From Scyliorhinus canicula (taxonomy: Eukaryota), in assembly GCF_902713615.1 (NCBI RefSeq), contig NC_052151.1:157189050-157253049 (forward strand): a stretch of DNA of 64,000 nt, in the 5' to 3' direction. Every line of letters begins with the position of its first letter. Position 1 is the stretch's first letter. Shown piece after piece: positions 12,950 to 26,342 of this stretch. A model generated the notes under the pieces. The model saw nothing but the letters and a program-made list of their open reading frames with translations. It ran no database searches and was not told the DNA's origin. A program made the position numbers and the translations under genes.

Positions 12950-13888
12950 TTCATGAGACACACAATGTTGGGGGAGGGGAGGGGATACCATGTGAGAGGC
13001 TACACCCCAAATCGTTCACCTCCATCCCTTGTATCTCTTGGATACCGCGTTCTGTGCTTTCCCAGGACAAGGAGATCTGCAGTGTCTGTTGTAAGGTGAG
13101 GGAGACTTTGGGCAAAAGTTTTTTCTGTGTTTCCATATTATTTATACCGTAGACCAAACGATCGCGGAGCACATCGGATAAAGTAGCTCCAAACTCACTA
13201 TCTTCGGGAACCGTGATCCATACTCAGTGAAGGACTCACCAGGGCGCCTCTCTGCAGTATTAAACCGATACCTTTGAAAGATTACTGACGGAGTGGTTAA
13301 TGTGTTGCGCCACAATTGCCATGAGTTGGTTGAACGATTGCGTATCTGGCGCCGCCATGTATGTGAGACTCCGGATCACCCGCATTCCACAGGCTGTCAA
13401 CAGTATGAATGTCTGGCTCTCGCTCTCCATGATGTTGTTGGCCCGGAAGAAGTAACGCCTTCTTTCTCTGTACTGGTTCCAGTCTTCTGCATCGGCATCA
13501 AATGCATCCAATCACCCAAACAGAGGCATGGCGAATCAAGTAAATCCAAACCTGAGTCCATATAACTGGGGAGGTGGCTCAGCCGAAGTGGTCACAGTGT
13601 CAACGGCAAGCCAGTTTACTCCTCATTGCCAGTTTAATAAGGACACGGGGAGTCCACACCGTGTAAAATAAAGAAACATAGCTTTATTTACAACATGATA
13701 GTTACACTTTCCAGTAGATCCCTATGGGGTTCCTGTTCCAGCCGGTGCCTTATTGGCTGACCTTTCATACAGGAATAACAGAGATTCCCCGTCTTAGTGG
13801 GGCAGCTCGTGCTCCGCAAGAGCCATGGGGAAGTAATCATTCCCACCTCGTCAGGTATCCATTGTGAAGGTTCATCACCTGGATAACA
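12950..13888 (-). mobile_element. Truncated Mag-like Gypsy: 5' LTR, PBS and degraded gag
   Basis: gag fragments DAFDADAEDWNQYRER, LRDRLVYGINN; PBS tggcaatgagga (tRNA-Ser-like) near 13620-13631; LTR about 13633-13888. Confidence 0.8.
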
Positions 13889-15508
13889 ACCCACCTGTCC
13901 CAGAGCAGAATACCATCCTCCACACTCAGTTCAGACAACTTTGAGGCGAAGGCACGCAACTTGCCTGGCTGCTGTTGAAGCTGACCACCATGTAACACTA
14001 GATCTCATACCTTGGCGAGAACGTGGTCCATCTGAGTCCAGTTGCGGACATGCAATGCAGTGACCAGTAGGCAGTCCATGAAATTCAAGATGGCGGCCAT
14101 TTCTTCACTTGGTGGGGGGGAGAAGGGCGCAGTATTGGCCTGCAAAGGCAAATGGCTCCTTGTGTCGGCATGCACAATGTGGGTACCTGGCCGATGCTCA
14201 AAGAAACATTCAGAAGCAGCCTGCAACAGCTCCCAGTGCCAGATCTGGGCAGGATTGCCCTGTCTTCGCAGAAAAGACCTAGCAAGGGCTTATGGTCTGT
14301 AACGATAAAGAAATGGCAGGCATAGATATATTCCTGAAACCTTTTCACCCTTAAGACCACCGTCAGAACCTCCTTCTCAATCTGCGTGTATTTACATTCA
14401 GCCTCAGCCAGCGGTCGGGAGGCAAAAGAGATCGGCCGCTCCACCATCCAATGGGCCAGGATGGCCCCAATTCCATTGGGTGACGCATCACACTTGATGA
14501 TCAAAGGTTTGGCCAGATCATAGTGAGTCAGTACTCTTGTGAATAACAATCGTCTGTTGGCACGCAGAATAGCAACACTCAACACCCAGGCCTGGTATTT
14601 CTTAAGGAGCAGATGTAAAGGAGCCAGTAAGGCCACGAGATTTGGGACAAACGTTACATAGTAATTAACCAGCCCCACAAACGAGCAAAGTTCTGTGGCA
14701 TCCTTCGGGGCGGGGGCCAACTGGATGGCGCACATTTTCTCAGCAATCCGAGTACAAGCTGTCACGGTCCACCTGATACCCTAAGTAGACCACCTCCTTC
14801 ACATGGAACATACACTTTGCACAGTGCAGATGGACACCATACTCCGAGAAGTGTTGTAACACCGCCTTAAAGTTCTCCATATGCTTCTGCCAGTAGCCCC
14901 TGTGACCAGTATGTTGTCCAAATACACTGCAACGCGCGGCGACCCCCGCAGGAGAGCTGTACTGACCATGAGTTTATAATCCCTGCACAAACAGATTGTT
15001 CTGTCCGGTTTCATGTCAGGGACAACTGGTGCCGCCAAACCCGCGCAGCATACGGGCCAAATAATGCCAAAATAGTGTTGAGTTCAGCTTCCATCTTCTC
15101 TATCAAGACATAGGGCATGCCCAATAATATCACGGTTAAGCTTGCGAGTTAACCTGGATCTTGGCCACAGCCCCTTTTATGGTCCTTAAGCGAGGCTGGA
15201 AGACTTCAGGGTACTTGGCAAGCACCTCACACATGCCACCAGAACCCACTTGGAGAGTGTGCTGCCAGTACAAGAGCAAATGGTGCAACCAATCACGCCC
15301 CAACAGGCTAGGTCGTTCCCTTGAATGATAAGAGGGAGGTGAGCCAGCTCGCAGCCATAAACGACGGGAGTCAACTCCGTCTCTACAATACGCAGCTGCT
15401 CCCCATTATACATGGCCAACTGAAGCACTTTCCGCCAATACCAAAGTCTGCACACCCTTTATGCAGTCAAAGGTGTTCCATGCCACAACACAAACCATCG
15501 CGGCAGTA

Positions 15509-16597
15509 TTTATTTTATTCGTTCATGGAACGTGGGCATCACACGTGGTCTCCTCTATATCGGAGAGATCAAATGTATACTGAGTGATCGCTTTGCTGAG
15601 TACCTTCGGTCTGTGTGCATTCAGGACCCTTCCCGTTGCTTGCTAATTTAACACAAGACCCTACTCCCATGCCCACATGTCTGTCCTTGGCCTGTTCCAG
15701 CGAAGCTCAACGCACACTGGAGGAACAACACCTCATCTTCCGGTTAGGCACGCTACAGCCTTCCGGTCTCAACATCGAATTCAACAACTTCAGATGGTTA
15801 GCTCTACCCCACCTCGCCCCTTTTGTTTTCATTCCATTTTACTTTAACTGTCTTTTAAATTTTATTTCTTTTTTGTCTTTGTTTATATTTCCCTCCCCAT
15901 CTTATCCTCCCTCTCCTTACCTTTTCTCCCCTTTGCATCCCCTTTCCCCCCGACATCTGTCACAGCTTACCCTCTGATTTTAGTTTCTCTGCTGTCGAGC
16001 CTTTCACACCTTTTGTTCTCTCTGGGGACTGCCATTAGCACTCTTTCCCCATGGTTTCTGTGGCTATTAGCACCCGGTTTCCCTTGATTTCTGTGGCTAT
16101 GACTTATCTTTCATTCTCACTCCACAGTATAAATATCTCCCACTTTCTATGCCTTTTAGTTTTGGCAAAGGGTCATCTGGACTCGAAACCTTAATTCTTT
16201 TCTCTCCCTACAGATGCTGCCAGACCTGCTGAGATTTTCCAGCATTTTCTCTCTGTGGGCATCACAGGCTGTGCCAGCATTTATTGCCCATCCCTAATTG
16301 CCCTCGAGGGGGCAGTTAAGAGTCAACCACATTGCTGTGGGTCTGGAGTCACATGTAGGCCAGGCCAGGTAATGACGGCAGATTTCCTTCCCTAAAGGAC
16401 ATTAGTGAACCAGTAGGGTTTTTGAGACAATTGACAGTGGTTCCATGGTCATCATTCGACCTTTTTAATTCCAGATTTTTACTGAATTCAAATTTCACCA
16501 TCTGCAGTGACAGAATTTGAACCAGGGTCACCAGGGTATTACTCTGGGTCTCTAGATTATCAGTCCAGTGACAATACCACTACGTCGCCAACTCCCC
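15509..16597 (-). mobile_element. Deu-type (SacSINE1-like) tRNA SINE split by a Penelope insertion
   Basis: tRNA-like head near 16597, body 16255-16590, tail resumes at 15543-15509; second copy at 34035-34337. Confidence 0.75.
15544..16254 (+). mobile_element. 5'-truncated Penelope-like element (GIY-YIG C-terminus), 12-bp TSD
   Basis: LYIGE...EEQHLIFRLGTLQPSGLNIEFNNFR; GTGGGCATCACA at 15532-15543 and 16255-16266. Confidence 0.85.
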
Positions 16598-17820
16598 TTC
16601 TCAAAATCCATGTTCAACAAGTGGTCGCTCGCCTGCACCCGAACCCGAATGGGAACCCCACAGGGCGCTGCCACACAATTCAGCAGAATCACGGCATCTT
16701 CTTCCTGCTCATCCAGATGAAAAGCCTGGTCCCAAGGCAGACTCTTACCCCTACTGGGGCGCCTGGACTGCTGGGACCCTCGCTGCCTGTGGTACCACCC
16801 GGGCTGGCGGCAACACATCGCACACAGGCCTGAATCACCCTCAGCAGAAACTGGGAATGTCCCTCGCAATGACAGTCAGGCCTGCGACCATAAGCCGGAA
16901 TCTCTTCAGGAGTCGGACCAGGGGGAGGGAACTCCACGGCAGGAACCGCGCCCCAGGGCATTCACCTCCATCCCTTGTATATCCAGCACCTCTCGCTCAG
17001 CACTCTCACAGGATAAGGAGAGCTGCGACATTTGCTGAAGGCTATGGGAAGGTGCGGCCAAGAGCTTTCTCTGCATCTCCATGTTGTTGATGCCGCAGAA
17101 CAGACACTCGCACAGCATCATGCAGACGAAGCAGTCCCTTACTCACAGAACTTAGCAATTTTTCTCAGTCGGGTCACAAACTTGGTGATTGACTCACCCG
17201 GGGAACATTCTGCCATGTTAAAGCAATACCGCTGAACAATAACAGATGGCGTCAGGTTGAAATACAGACCCGCAACCGTCACAAGCTATTCGAAGGTGTG
17301 GTGTCAGGCATTGGAGTATTCAGAATTAGACTCTGAATTACTCCATATGTATGGGCATCACAAGCGATCAGCATCTGGCAATCGCTCTTCGTGATGTTAC
17401 TTGCACAAAATAAATAACGTATCCGCTCCGCGTATTGATTCCAATCCTCGACTCCAACATCAAATGCATCCAACTGTCGAACAGAGACATGGCGAAAGAA
17501 ACAGGATCCAACCTAGATCCACTGAGTGAGGGAGGTGGTTCAATCGACAGGGCTGCAGCACCGAAAGCAACTAGTTTACTCCTCGTCACCAGTTTTAAGA
17601 TGTCACAGAGAGTCCACACTGAGTTGCATTAAAGAAACTTTGGTTTATTTATAAGGCTACAATACACCGTTTCCGTTCATTCCCAATCGGTGTCAATCTG
17701 GCTGACCTTATACATGACGTAGGTGATTTTCCCCTGCCTCCTTAACATGGGTTCATACTCCGAAAGGGACACAGGGGAGACAATCATTCCCACCCCGTAA
17801 GTCCCATGCTGGTTATGACA

Positions 17821-18360
17821 CTCTCCCAACTTTAACGCTAGATATCCCAGGCCCTCAAAATTTGATCACTAAGGGAAGACGAAAAATGGATCAAATTGTG
17901 TTTTTCCAGCACTGTATGTGGGCCAGGAGGAGTAAGAGTGGCTCTCATCAACCCCTTCAAGAAAACCTATTACCCTTTCCAGCAATAGAACCTTGACCTT
18001 CCCCATTATCTGATGCCGTCCTGCTGTTCGCCATGGTTCCCGTGACCTATTCCCCTTTTCACAATCTTTCCAGCCACTTTAACAATCTTCTCCCCTTCCT
18101 CGCTGATCTCTCCAACCTCCCCCACCCCATCGATGTCGCCTCCAACTCTAATCTCCTTTTTCCAGCTGTGACCTGGTGCTAAAGAGCTACCCACCCAATG
18201 GCCTGCCAACCTTTCAATCTGGTTCGCTGTGGACAGGAAACAGATGCAAAAAATGGTAAGCAGGCTTGTCCATTAATTTCAGTTAGGCCTGAGCGACACC
18301 ATTCTTGAGTTTCCCAACCATCCAAATGCCTCTCCACCCTACTCCTTCCCATTATTATCA
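17821..18360 (+). mobile_element. Highly degraded L2-like RT fragment
   Basis: Decayed YRPISNL-type segment (ctcatcaaccccttcaagaaaacc...cctattccccttttc); no ORF. Confidence 0.35.
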
Positions 18361-18639
18361 AGAATGTGAATCAGAAATAGCAGAAGCTGGAATAGTTAAT
18401 TCAACACTAAACTGTATGGAAAGCAATTTAGGACTGAAAGATGGAGTTAGGAGGTAGGGATGGAAAGAAAAAGTAAACTAAATGTTTAATTTCAATATTT
18501 TATTTCTTTGATTTTTCAACAAAATCTGAAGGAATGAGACTCCACGTTTGTAAAAGCTAATTTTCAGTTCCAAGAGGTTGTTTGGTGGTAATTAAGATTT
18601 ATCAGATCACAAAAAAATTCAAATGTTCAGTGAGTATTA

Positions 18640-18980
18640 CATAGGATTTACAGTGCAGAAGGAGGCCATTCGGCCCATCGAGTCTGCACCGGCTCTTGGA
18701 AAGAGCACACTACCCAAGGTCAACACCTCCCCCTATCCCAATAACCCAGTAACCCCACCCAACACTAAGGGCAATTCTGGACACTAAGGGCAATTTATCA
18801 TGGCCAATCCACCTAACCTGCACATCTTTGGACTGTGGGAGGAAACCGGAGCACCCGGAGGAAACCCACGCACACACGGGGAGGATGTGCAGACTCCGCA
18901 CAGACAGTGACCCAAGCCGGAATCGAACCTGGGACCCTGGAGCTGTGAAGCCATTGTGCTATCCACAATGCCATCATGTA
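18640..18980 (-). mobile_element. V-SINE
   Basis: Head, V core and tail ggcctccttctgcactgtaaatcctatg. Confidence 0.9.
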
Positions 18981-20929
18981 AGTACAGAAACTTCACATCT
19001 TTTTGTTATTTCCATACCAAATTACCAAATGTCTCAGCGAGATACGATTATTTTATATTTTCTGGCAGAGTGGGGTAATTTGAACAGCACTTTTCGTATT
19101 TCCACACTTAACTATGCAACCATCAAGATTTGCAGTCCAAATGACTATTCAGTCACAGTGAGAGCTGATAGCCTCAGTGTCATTTTTACCACAAAATCTA
19201 AGCAAATGTTATTAGGGCAATTTACAAAATTGTCATCCCAATGGGTGAGACTCCTAGCTGGGCACATGATTTTGTAAAATTAGATCTAGTCTGTAAGGTG
19301 TAACTGACATTCATCTATTATTCCGTATGTTTCTGCAAATACTTCCTCTGTCAATGTTTTCCTTTATAGTTGCCCGTGATTACATTTATGATGACAATAG
19401 TCCATATAAATCTATGACGCTATAATTACGCCTGTCACAGTGTAGCACCTCACAATTTGAAGCTTTCAGCTTCTCAACCTGCACTAATAAAAATCCATAT
19501 GTTCTAAATCAACTTAGAATCCGCAGAATCCGTAGAATCCCTACAATGCAGAATGAAGCCATTCAGCCCATCGAGTCTGCATTGACCCTCCAAAAGAGCA
19601 CTCTACCTAGGTCCACTCCCCTCAACTATCCCCGCAACCCCACGCATCGATCATGGCCAATCTACCAGACCTGCCCATCTTTGAGCTCCTGCTTGGCTGT
19701 TCAATTTGCGCTAACTTTTGCTGTGCATTCAAAACCTAATATACATGCATTACATTAAAATCTAAATAAATAATGAAAATAAAGACGGAAATAATAACTG
19801 TAAAAAGAGATTCAACTGCATTTTCTGAATGCTCCAATTATCCCCCATCTCTTAACATTGCTTCGCCTGAAGTTCACATCTATTTCCCTTGTGCGATACC
19901 AGAGGAGATTTGCTCATGCTATATATTAGTATAAATGCATTGCATATGGTTGGCATCCTAAGCAATCAATGAAATACGACATTATGTTCGAAAAATAACT
20001 TACCTGGGGGAGCTGGCTGCTGGAGTGAATTAGATACTTGCTTTTTTACCTCAGCAATTTGAGTTCAAATTTAACTCAGGTTTATGAGATGAAAGTTTTC
20101 TTCATATGCTGGCTGTAAGTACACTAAAATAAAATTACTGGAACATTCTATGTCCAATTACCTGTGGATCCACAGACCACAGTGAATTCAGCATTGATTA
20201 ACATTAAATAGCAATTGCGTACAGAGAAGCCAGAAAACGACTGACATGGGAATTGAAAAGAAATTTACATCAGTCGAGCAGAGCTTGCCATACTAGACCT
20301 GAGACACAATGTTTGCCAGTGCACATAATCTGTTTCTCTGTCTGATCTGATCAGTGACGAGAATGTGCTCCAAAAGCTAGACTCGGCACCCAACTCAAAC
20401 GTGCCTCAACTCAATGACCTCAGACCAAAGAAGAATCACAAACTGGAATCACCACCACCTACCTCATAATCTGCATCTCCTTCCAATAATTGTTCCATGA
20501 AGGTAAATTCGAATACCATCTCCCTCCTGGGAATGAAGAGGCTCAGGTTATGAAGTCTATCTTCACAGCCTTGGCAAACCTCATGCTCAAATGCAATCTT
20601 ACCCTTAGGAGCTATACTGGACTTGATTGAACTGCTTGACCATACTCTTTGCTGTATCTACAAGCTTCGAGGTTTGATCAATTCATTGACGATTCCAAAG
20701 AAAGAAGCCTGTCTCCTTAGCATCACTTCCATAGTCTACCTGACCTCCTGCTATACAGAACATAACCTCACTATTTCTTAAAGGTAACGGCAGAGCTATT
20801 GCTGTGCAGTAAATTACTAGGGTCAATTTCCGACTAGTTAAGCAGATCAACATTATTGCAAATATCTTAATTTATTGCTTTAGCTTTCTGTCAGAAGGAC
20901 GGCACAGTGGTGCAGTGGTTAGCACTGGA

Positions 20930-23900
20930 GGCCCAGGAGACGACAGTGCGGGATCTGGAGAAAGCGGCCACCAGCCAGAGCGATCGTATCGCCTCGCTCA
21001 AGGCTGAAGTGGTAAGGTTGGTAACAACCTAGAGAGCGCTCAAAGGGAAGGTGGAAGATCGAGAGATCACGTCTCGCCGCCAGAAGCTAAGGATTGTCAG
21101 GCTACCTGAGGGCACAGAGGGCAGAAACCCGACAGAGTACCTGGCGCAGATGCTCAATAAGTTGGTCAGGGGGAGGAGGTGGAGTTTCCCCAAGCCCCCA
21201 GAGGTAGACCAGGCTCACAGGTCACTATAACAAAGGTCCAAAGTAGGAGAACCTTCACGGACGATTATAGCAGAACTCCATAAAAAGCAGGATCAGGAGC
21301 GAATTCTAAACTGGCCAAGCAGCACACTGTCCTGAAAATGGGAGGGACACACAATCTGAATCTATCAGGACATTGGGACCGACCTGGCCAAGCAGCGGGC
21401 TGAGTTCAATGGGGCCAAGCTGGCTTTATTTAAGAACAAGGTGCGGTTCAGAATGTTGTACCCGGCAAGGCCCTGGGTAACACATGGCAATAAGGACACT
21501 ATTTAAACACGCCGGAACATGTAGGCAAGTTCATCCAAAAAAAGCAGCTGAGATGGCAGCAATAGCGGTCATATATGGACCAAAAACAATGTTTCTTTGT
21601 TCTCTGGACTGGACACTTGCACAAGCTGGGGGTGGGGAGGGGGGGGGGGGGGGGGGGGCAAGAAGGCAGGGAGGGTGAATAAAATGGGCGGAGCTGTTGC
21701 TCTATTTATTTATCTCGGTGAACCACAAGCCTTTCCTTATATCGATCAAATGTCCACACAACCAGTTGGTTAGTTCAAAAGATGGTTTATTTACATATAC
21801 AAGAGTTATCGCAACATGCAAACACAATATCTACTGCGAATTAAACTACACCTGTCAGCTACAATAAGCTATACTTAATTTCAGGGTGACCGGCACTGTG
21901 CAAATGGATAAGGCCTTTATCTGGATTTCACTTGGCTGGTTCGATGAAAATGGCTCTGTCTCTGCTGGGCTCATCTGTCAGGTAGCAATCGTTGGTCTTG
22001 AACTTAGCTGGCTGTTCCTGCTGCAATTGGGTGGCACAGACCGGATCCAAAAGAGACAGAACACATGGCTGTGCTCTCTTTGATCCCCCTGGGATTTTGC
22101 GCTCTTTGGGGCGGTCCTTAACCTTGGACACAATAGTTCAATGGGGCTCTGATCACTCTCTTCGATTTCGGCCAATAAAGGGGCGGGTGACTTGGTAGCT
22201 GGGTGGGTCTTTGGAAGGTCATTGACCTTGGCAGTTGTGCTTTCTGAGCAAAGGAGTGGCGCCGATCAGTCTGTGGCTATACCGGTTGCTTGATTGGAGT
22301 TCTATTGTCCTGGTTAAAGAGACCATTAAAATGTAAACGAGCAGGGGTTTCAGTCAGGTCTGGTTACCTGTATTTTAGATACACATAGGCTGCATATCTG
22401 TCTGAGTCCTGGGTTGGTCATAATTCCCATGGTCCTTTGCAGGTGGCCATCGTGGATGGCCACAGAGGATAGGAGAGCTGCTCCCAGGGGAGAGCCACCA
22501 CACTAGTTAATATGCTAGTGCACAGAAGGAATAGGAGAGGTGGGCTGCAGTGCAGCTCCTAAAAGGGAGGGCCGGCAGAAGGGGGGGACAAAACAATAAC
22601 TCAGGAGAAAGGGGGAGGAGAAGGCTAATGGGGGGGGGAGCAAGGGCAAAGGCAACTGTGCTACAGTATGAGAGCGAGGAGGGGTGGCCATACTGTTTAG
22701 TAAAAGCAAAACCTTTACAGCGACGAATACGATGTCGGACCCAGGGAATGGTATGTAATGGTCAGCAGTGTCCTGGAAAAGGCACTGGCGGATCTTGTGA
22801 ATGTATATGCCCCCAATTACGATGACGCAGACTTCATCCAAAATAAACCATGGCAGAAATCCTCAACCTAGATTCCCACCAACTCATCATGGTGGGGACT
22901 TCAACTATATACAGGACCCAAGGACGGGTAAATCCAGCCCCAAAGCGGGGAAACAATCGGCTATAGCAAGGGAGCTGAAAGCTTTTATGGAGCGGATGGG
23001 GGGTTGGACCCATGGAGGTACAACCATCCAAGGGAGAAGAAATGCTTCTTCCGATCCTCCTATTCTATCACTGGGCAGCCACAGCAGAAAAGGACGGGGA
23101 TGGTTCAAAGAGCCATGAGCGAAATGGGTAAAAGCGAAGAGAGCTCCTGTAAGGGGATATCCCTCAGTGCTCGTGGCCATTCTGAGTACCTGGAATCAAC
23201 TCAGGCACATCTTCTGACTGTTCACAATGTCCACCACGGCCCCTACCTGCAAGAATCATAGATTTACCCCTGCAAAGTTAGACGCCTCCTTTAAAAGGTG
23301 GAGACAGGATGAAGGAATATTGACAGGAGGTGACCTATACATAGACGACAGAGTAGCGGCCCTAGGGGAACTGATGGACAAGCTCCAACTCCTGAAAGGG
23401 AATGAGCTCCGATACATGCAGATAAGGAACTTCCTCTGCAAGGAGGCACTAATGTTCCTCCAGCTACCAGGACATTCCCTACTGGACAGACTTTTAACCG
23501 TGGGGGAGCGAGGGAAGGGTAACTGCGCTGGCATGTACAGATGTCTACTGGAAGAGGTACAGTCACTGCTGGACGAGACACAGAAGAAGTCAGAGGAAGA
23601 GCTAGGTATGGAGAAAGGGGAGGACTATGGATCAAAGGAGTGCACAGGGTGAATTCCACCTCCTCATGAAGGTAGTGCACAGGGCGCACTTGACCAGGAC
23701 ACGCGTGCTCATGCTCCCGGAGGTGCAGGACAAATGTGAACGGTGCCAACCACAACCACATGTTCTGGTGCTGTTCCAGGCTGGTCGGTTCCGGACTGTC
23801 TTTTTCAAGGCCATATCCAAGGTCGTGCAGGTGAGGGTGGAGCCATGCCCACTAGAGGCAGTCTTAAGGGCATTGGAACAGCCAGAAATTTTTAAAGGCA

Positions 23901-24240
23901 GAGGGGTGGATGCCCTAGACAATGCCTCCCTGATTGCCTGCCGGAGACTCCTGCTTCGCTGGAAATCATCAGTGCCGCCCAATGCCGTGGGCTGGCTGTC
24001 CGACTTACCAGACTTCCATAAATTGGAAAAAAATAAAATTCTCCATCTGAGGATCAGAAGAAGGCTTCCACAACATGTCACCAGCCTGATCCAAGACCTG
24101 TTTGTGACCAATAAGGGAGGGGGAGGGGAGGGTTGAGGAATAGCAGGAGAAGGGGAGGAGGGAAGACACCAATCACAGCAAGCAAGGCATAGGGGACAAA
24201 GGGCAAAGAAGCACATGGGTGCGACCACAACAAAACTCAC
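20930..24240 (+). mobile_element. Internally deleted L1-clade LINE (ORF1 and ORF2 pieces) with solo LTR inserted
   Basis: ORF1 RIVRLPEGTEGRNP near 21090, homologous to 62388-62843; endonuclease remnant GGDFNYIQDP; C-terminus MKVVHRAHLT. Confidence 0.85.
21695..22464 (-). mobile_element. Solo LTR
   Basis: TG...CA ends (tgttgctct...gatggccaca); 4-bp TSD GAGC/GAGG; same family as 41009-41789. Confidence 0.75.
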
Positions 24241-24357
24241 TAATGTCTCTTAGGGAAGGAAATCATCTGCCATCCTTGACTCCAGATTAACAGCAATGCG
24301 ATTGACTCTGAGATGGCCTAGCAAGCCACACAGTTGAATTCAGCCACTGCAAAAACA

Positions 24358-24703
24358 GGGGCAGCACGGTAGCACAGAGGTTAGCACAGTTGCTTCACAG
24401 CTCCAGGGTCCCAGGTTCGATTCCCGACTTGGGTCACTGTCTGTGCAGAGTCTGCACGTTCTCCCCGTGTCTGTGTGAGTTTCCTTCGGGTGCTCCAGTT
24501 TCCTCCCACAGTCCAAAGATGTGCAGGTTAGGTGGGTTGGCCATGTTCAATTGCCCTTAGTGTCCATAAAAGGTGAGCTGGGGTAACTGGGTTACGGGGA
24601 TAGGGTGGAGGTGTGGGCTTAGGTAGGGTGCTCTTTCAAATTGCCGGTGCAGACTCGATGGGCCGAACGGCCTCCATCTGCACTGTAAATTCTATGATTC
24701 TAT
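24358..24703 (+). mobile_element. Full-length V-SINE
   Basis: A box tagcacagagg, B box ggttcgattccc, V core, tail aattctatgattctatg. Confidence 0.92.
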
Positions 24704-26342
24704 GGCCTAGCAAGCCACTCGGTTGAATTTAACCATTACAAAAACAGAAAAATGGAATGAAACAGACGGACCGCCCGGAATTGACCCAGGCACCAGAAAT
24801 GACAACAGCAAACCCAGCTCTGTTGACCTTGCAAAGTCCTCCTTACTAACATCTGGGGTCTTGTGCCAAAGGTGGTAGAGCTGTCTCACAGACTAATCAA
24901 GCAACGGCCTGACATAGTCATGCTCACAGAATCATACCTTATAATGTTCCAGACACTACTGTCACCATTCCTGGGTATGTCCTGTCTCACCAGCAGAGGT
25001 GCTGGCATAGTGGTATACAGCCAGGAGGGAGTTGCCCTGGGAGTCCTCAACATCGACTCTGGACCCCATGAAGTCTCATGGCTTCAGGTTAAACATGGGC
25101 TGATTACTATGTACTGGCTAGCATCAGCTGATGAATCAGTACTCCTCCATGTTGAACACCACTTGGAGGAAGCACTGAGGGTGGCAAGAGCGCAGAATAT
25201 GCTCTGGGTGGGGGACTTCATTATCCATGACAAAGAGTGGCTTGGTAGTACCACCACAGACTAAGCTGGCCGGGTCCTAAAGGACATAGCTGCTAAACTG
25301 GGACTGCAGCAGGTGGTGAGGGAACCAACAAGAGGGAAAAACATACTTGACCTCATCCTCACCAACCTGCCTACTGCAGATGCATCTATCCATGGCAGTA
25401 TTGGTAGAAGTGACCACGGCATAGTCCTTGTGGATATAATGGTTCATCTTCACATTGAAGATACCCTCCATCGTGTTGTGTGGCACTATCACCATGCTAA
25501 ATGTAATAGACCAAACAGATCTAGCAACTTGATTTGGCATCCATGAGTCACTGTGAGCCATCTGCACCAGCAGATTTTTATTCAACCACAATCTGCAACA
25601 TCATACCTGGCATTTCTCCCAGTCTACCATTACCAGCAAGCCAGGGGACAAACCCTGGTTCAATGGAGAGTGCAGGAGAGCATGCAAGGAGCACCATCAG
25701 GCATACCGAAAAATGAGGTGTCAACCTGTTGAAGTTACAACACAGACTAATTGTGTGCCAAACAGCATAAGCAGCAAGTAATAGACAGGGCGAAGCTATT
25801 CCGCAACAAATGCATCAGATCTAAGCTCCGCAGTTCTCCATATCCAGGCATGAATGGTGGTGGGCAATTAAACAACTCACTGGAGGAGGAGGCTCTACAA
25901 ATATCCCCATCCTCAATGATGGAGGAGCCCAGCACATCTGTGCAAAAGGCAAGTCTGAGGCATTTTCAATAATCTTCAGCCAGAAGTTCCGAGTGGATGA
26001 TCCATTTTGGTCTCCTCCAGAGGTCCCCAGCATCGCATATGTCAGTCTTCAGCCAATATGAATCACTCCATGTGATATCACAAAACAGCTGAAGGCACTG
26101 GATACTGCAAAAGCTGTGGGCCCTGACAATATTCCAGCAATAGTACTGAAGACTTGTGCTCCAGAACTTGCCGCACCCCTAGCCAAGCTGTTTCAGTACA
26201 GCTACAACACTGGTATCTACCCGGCAATGTGGAAAATTGCCCAGATGTGTCCTATACCCAAGAAACAGGATAAATCTAACCCAACCAATTACCGCCCTAT
26301 CAGTCTACTCTCCATCATCAGCAAATTGATTGAAGGAGTTCT
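24704..26342 (+). mobile_element. CR1/L2-group LINE, endonuclease and start of RT, 3'-truncated
   Basis: IVMLTESYL, GDFIIH, PTRGKNILDLILTN, GRSDH, GPDNIP...NYRPISLLSIISKLIEG. Confidence 0.88.

Larger units (their letters stand above)
13890..17820 (-). mobile_element. Degraded Mag-like Gypsy (LTR-PBS-gag-PR-RT-RNaseH) with nested SINE and Penelope
   Basis: LTR about 17593-17820, PBS tggtgacgagga, gag DAFDVGVEDWNQYAER, RT VAVYLDNILVTG, RNase H CDASPNGIGAIL...TDHKPLLG (ORF 14085-14765). Confidence 0.88.

Noticed and set aside
19996-20770. Minus-strand donor CAG|gtaagt near 20003 and an exon-like stretch at 20460-20750
   Set aside because: No sustained open frame or homology; could be UTR exons but unsupported.
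24358-24435. tRNA genes at SINE heads
   Set aside because: tRNA-derived SINE promoters joined to the V core; no complete cloverleaf.
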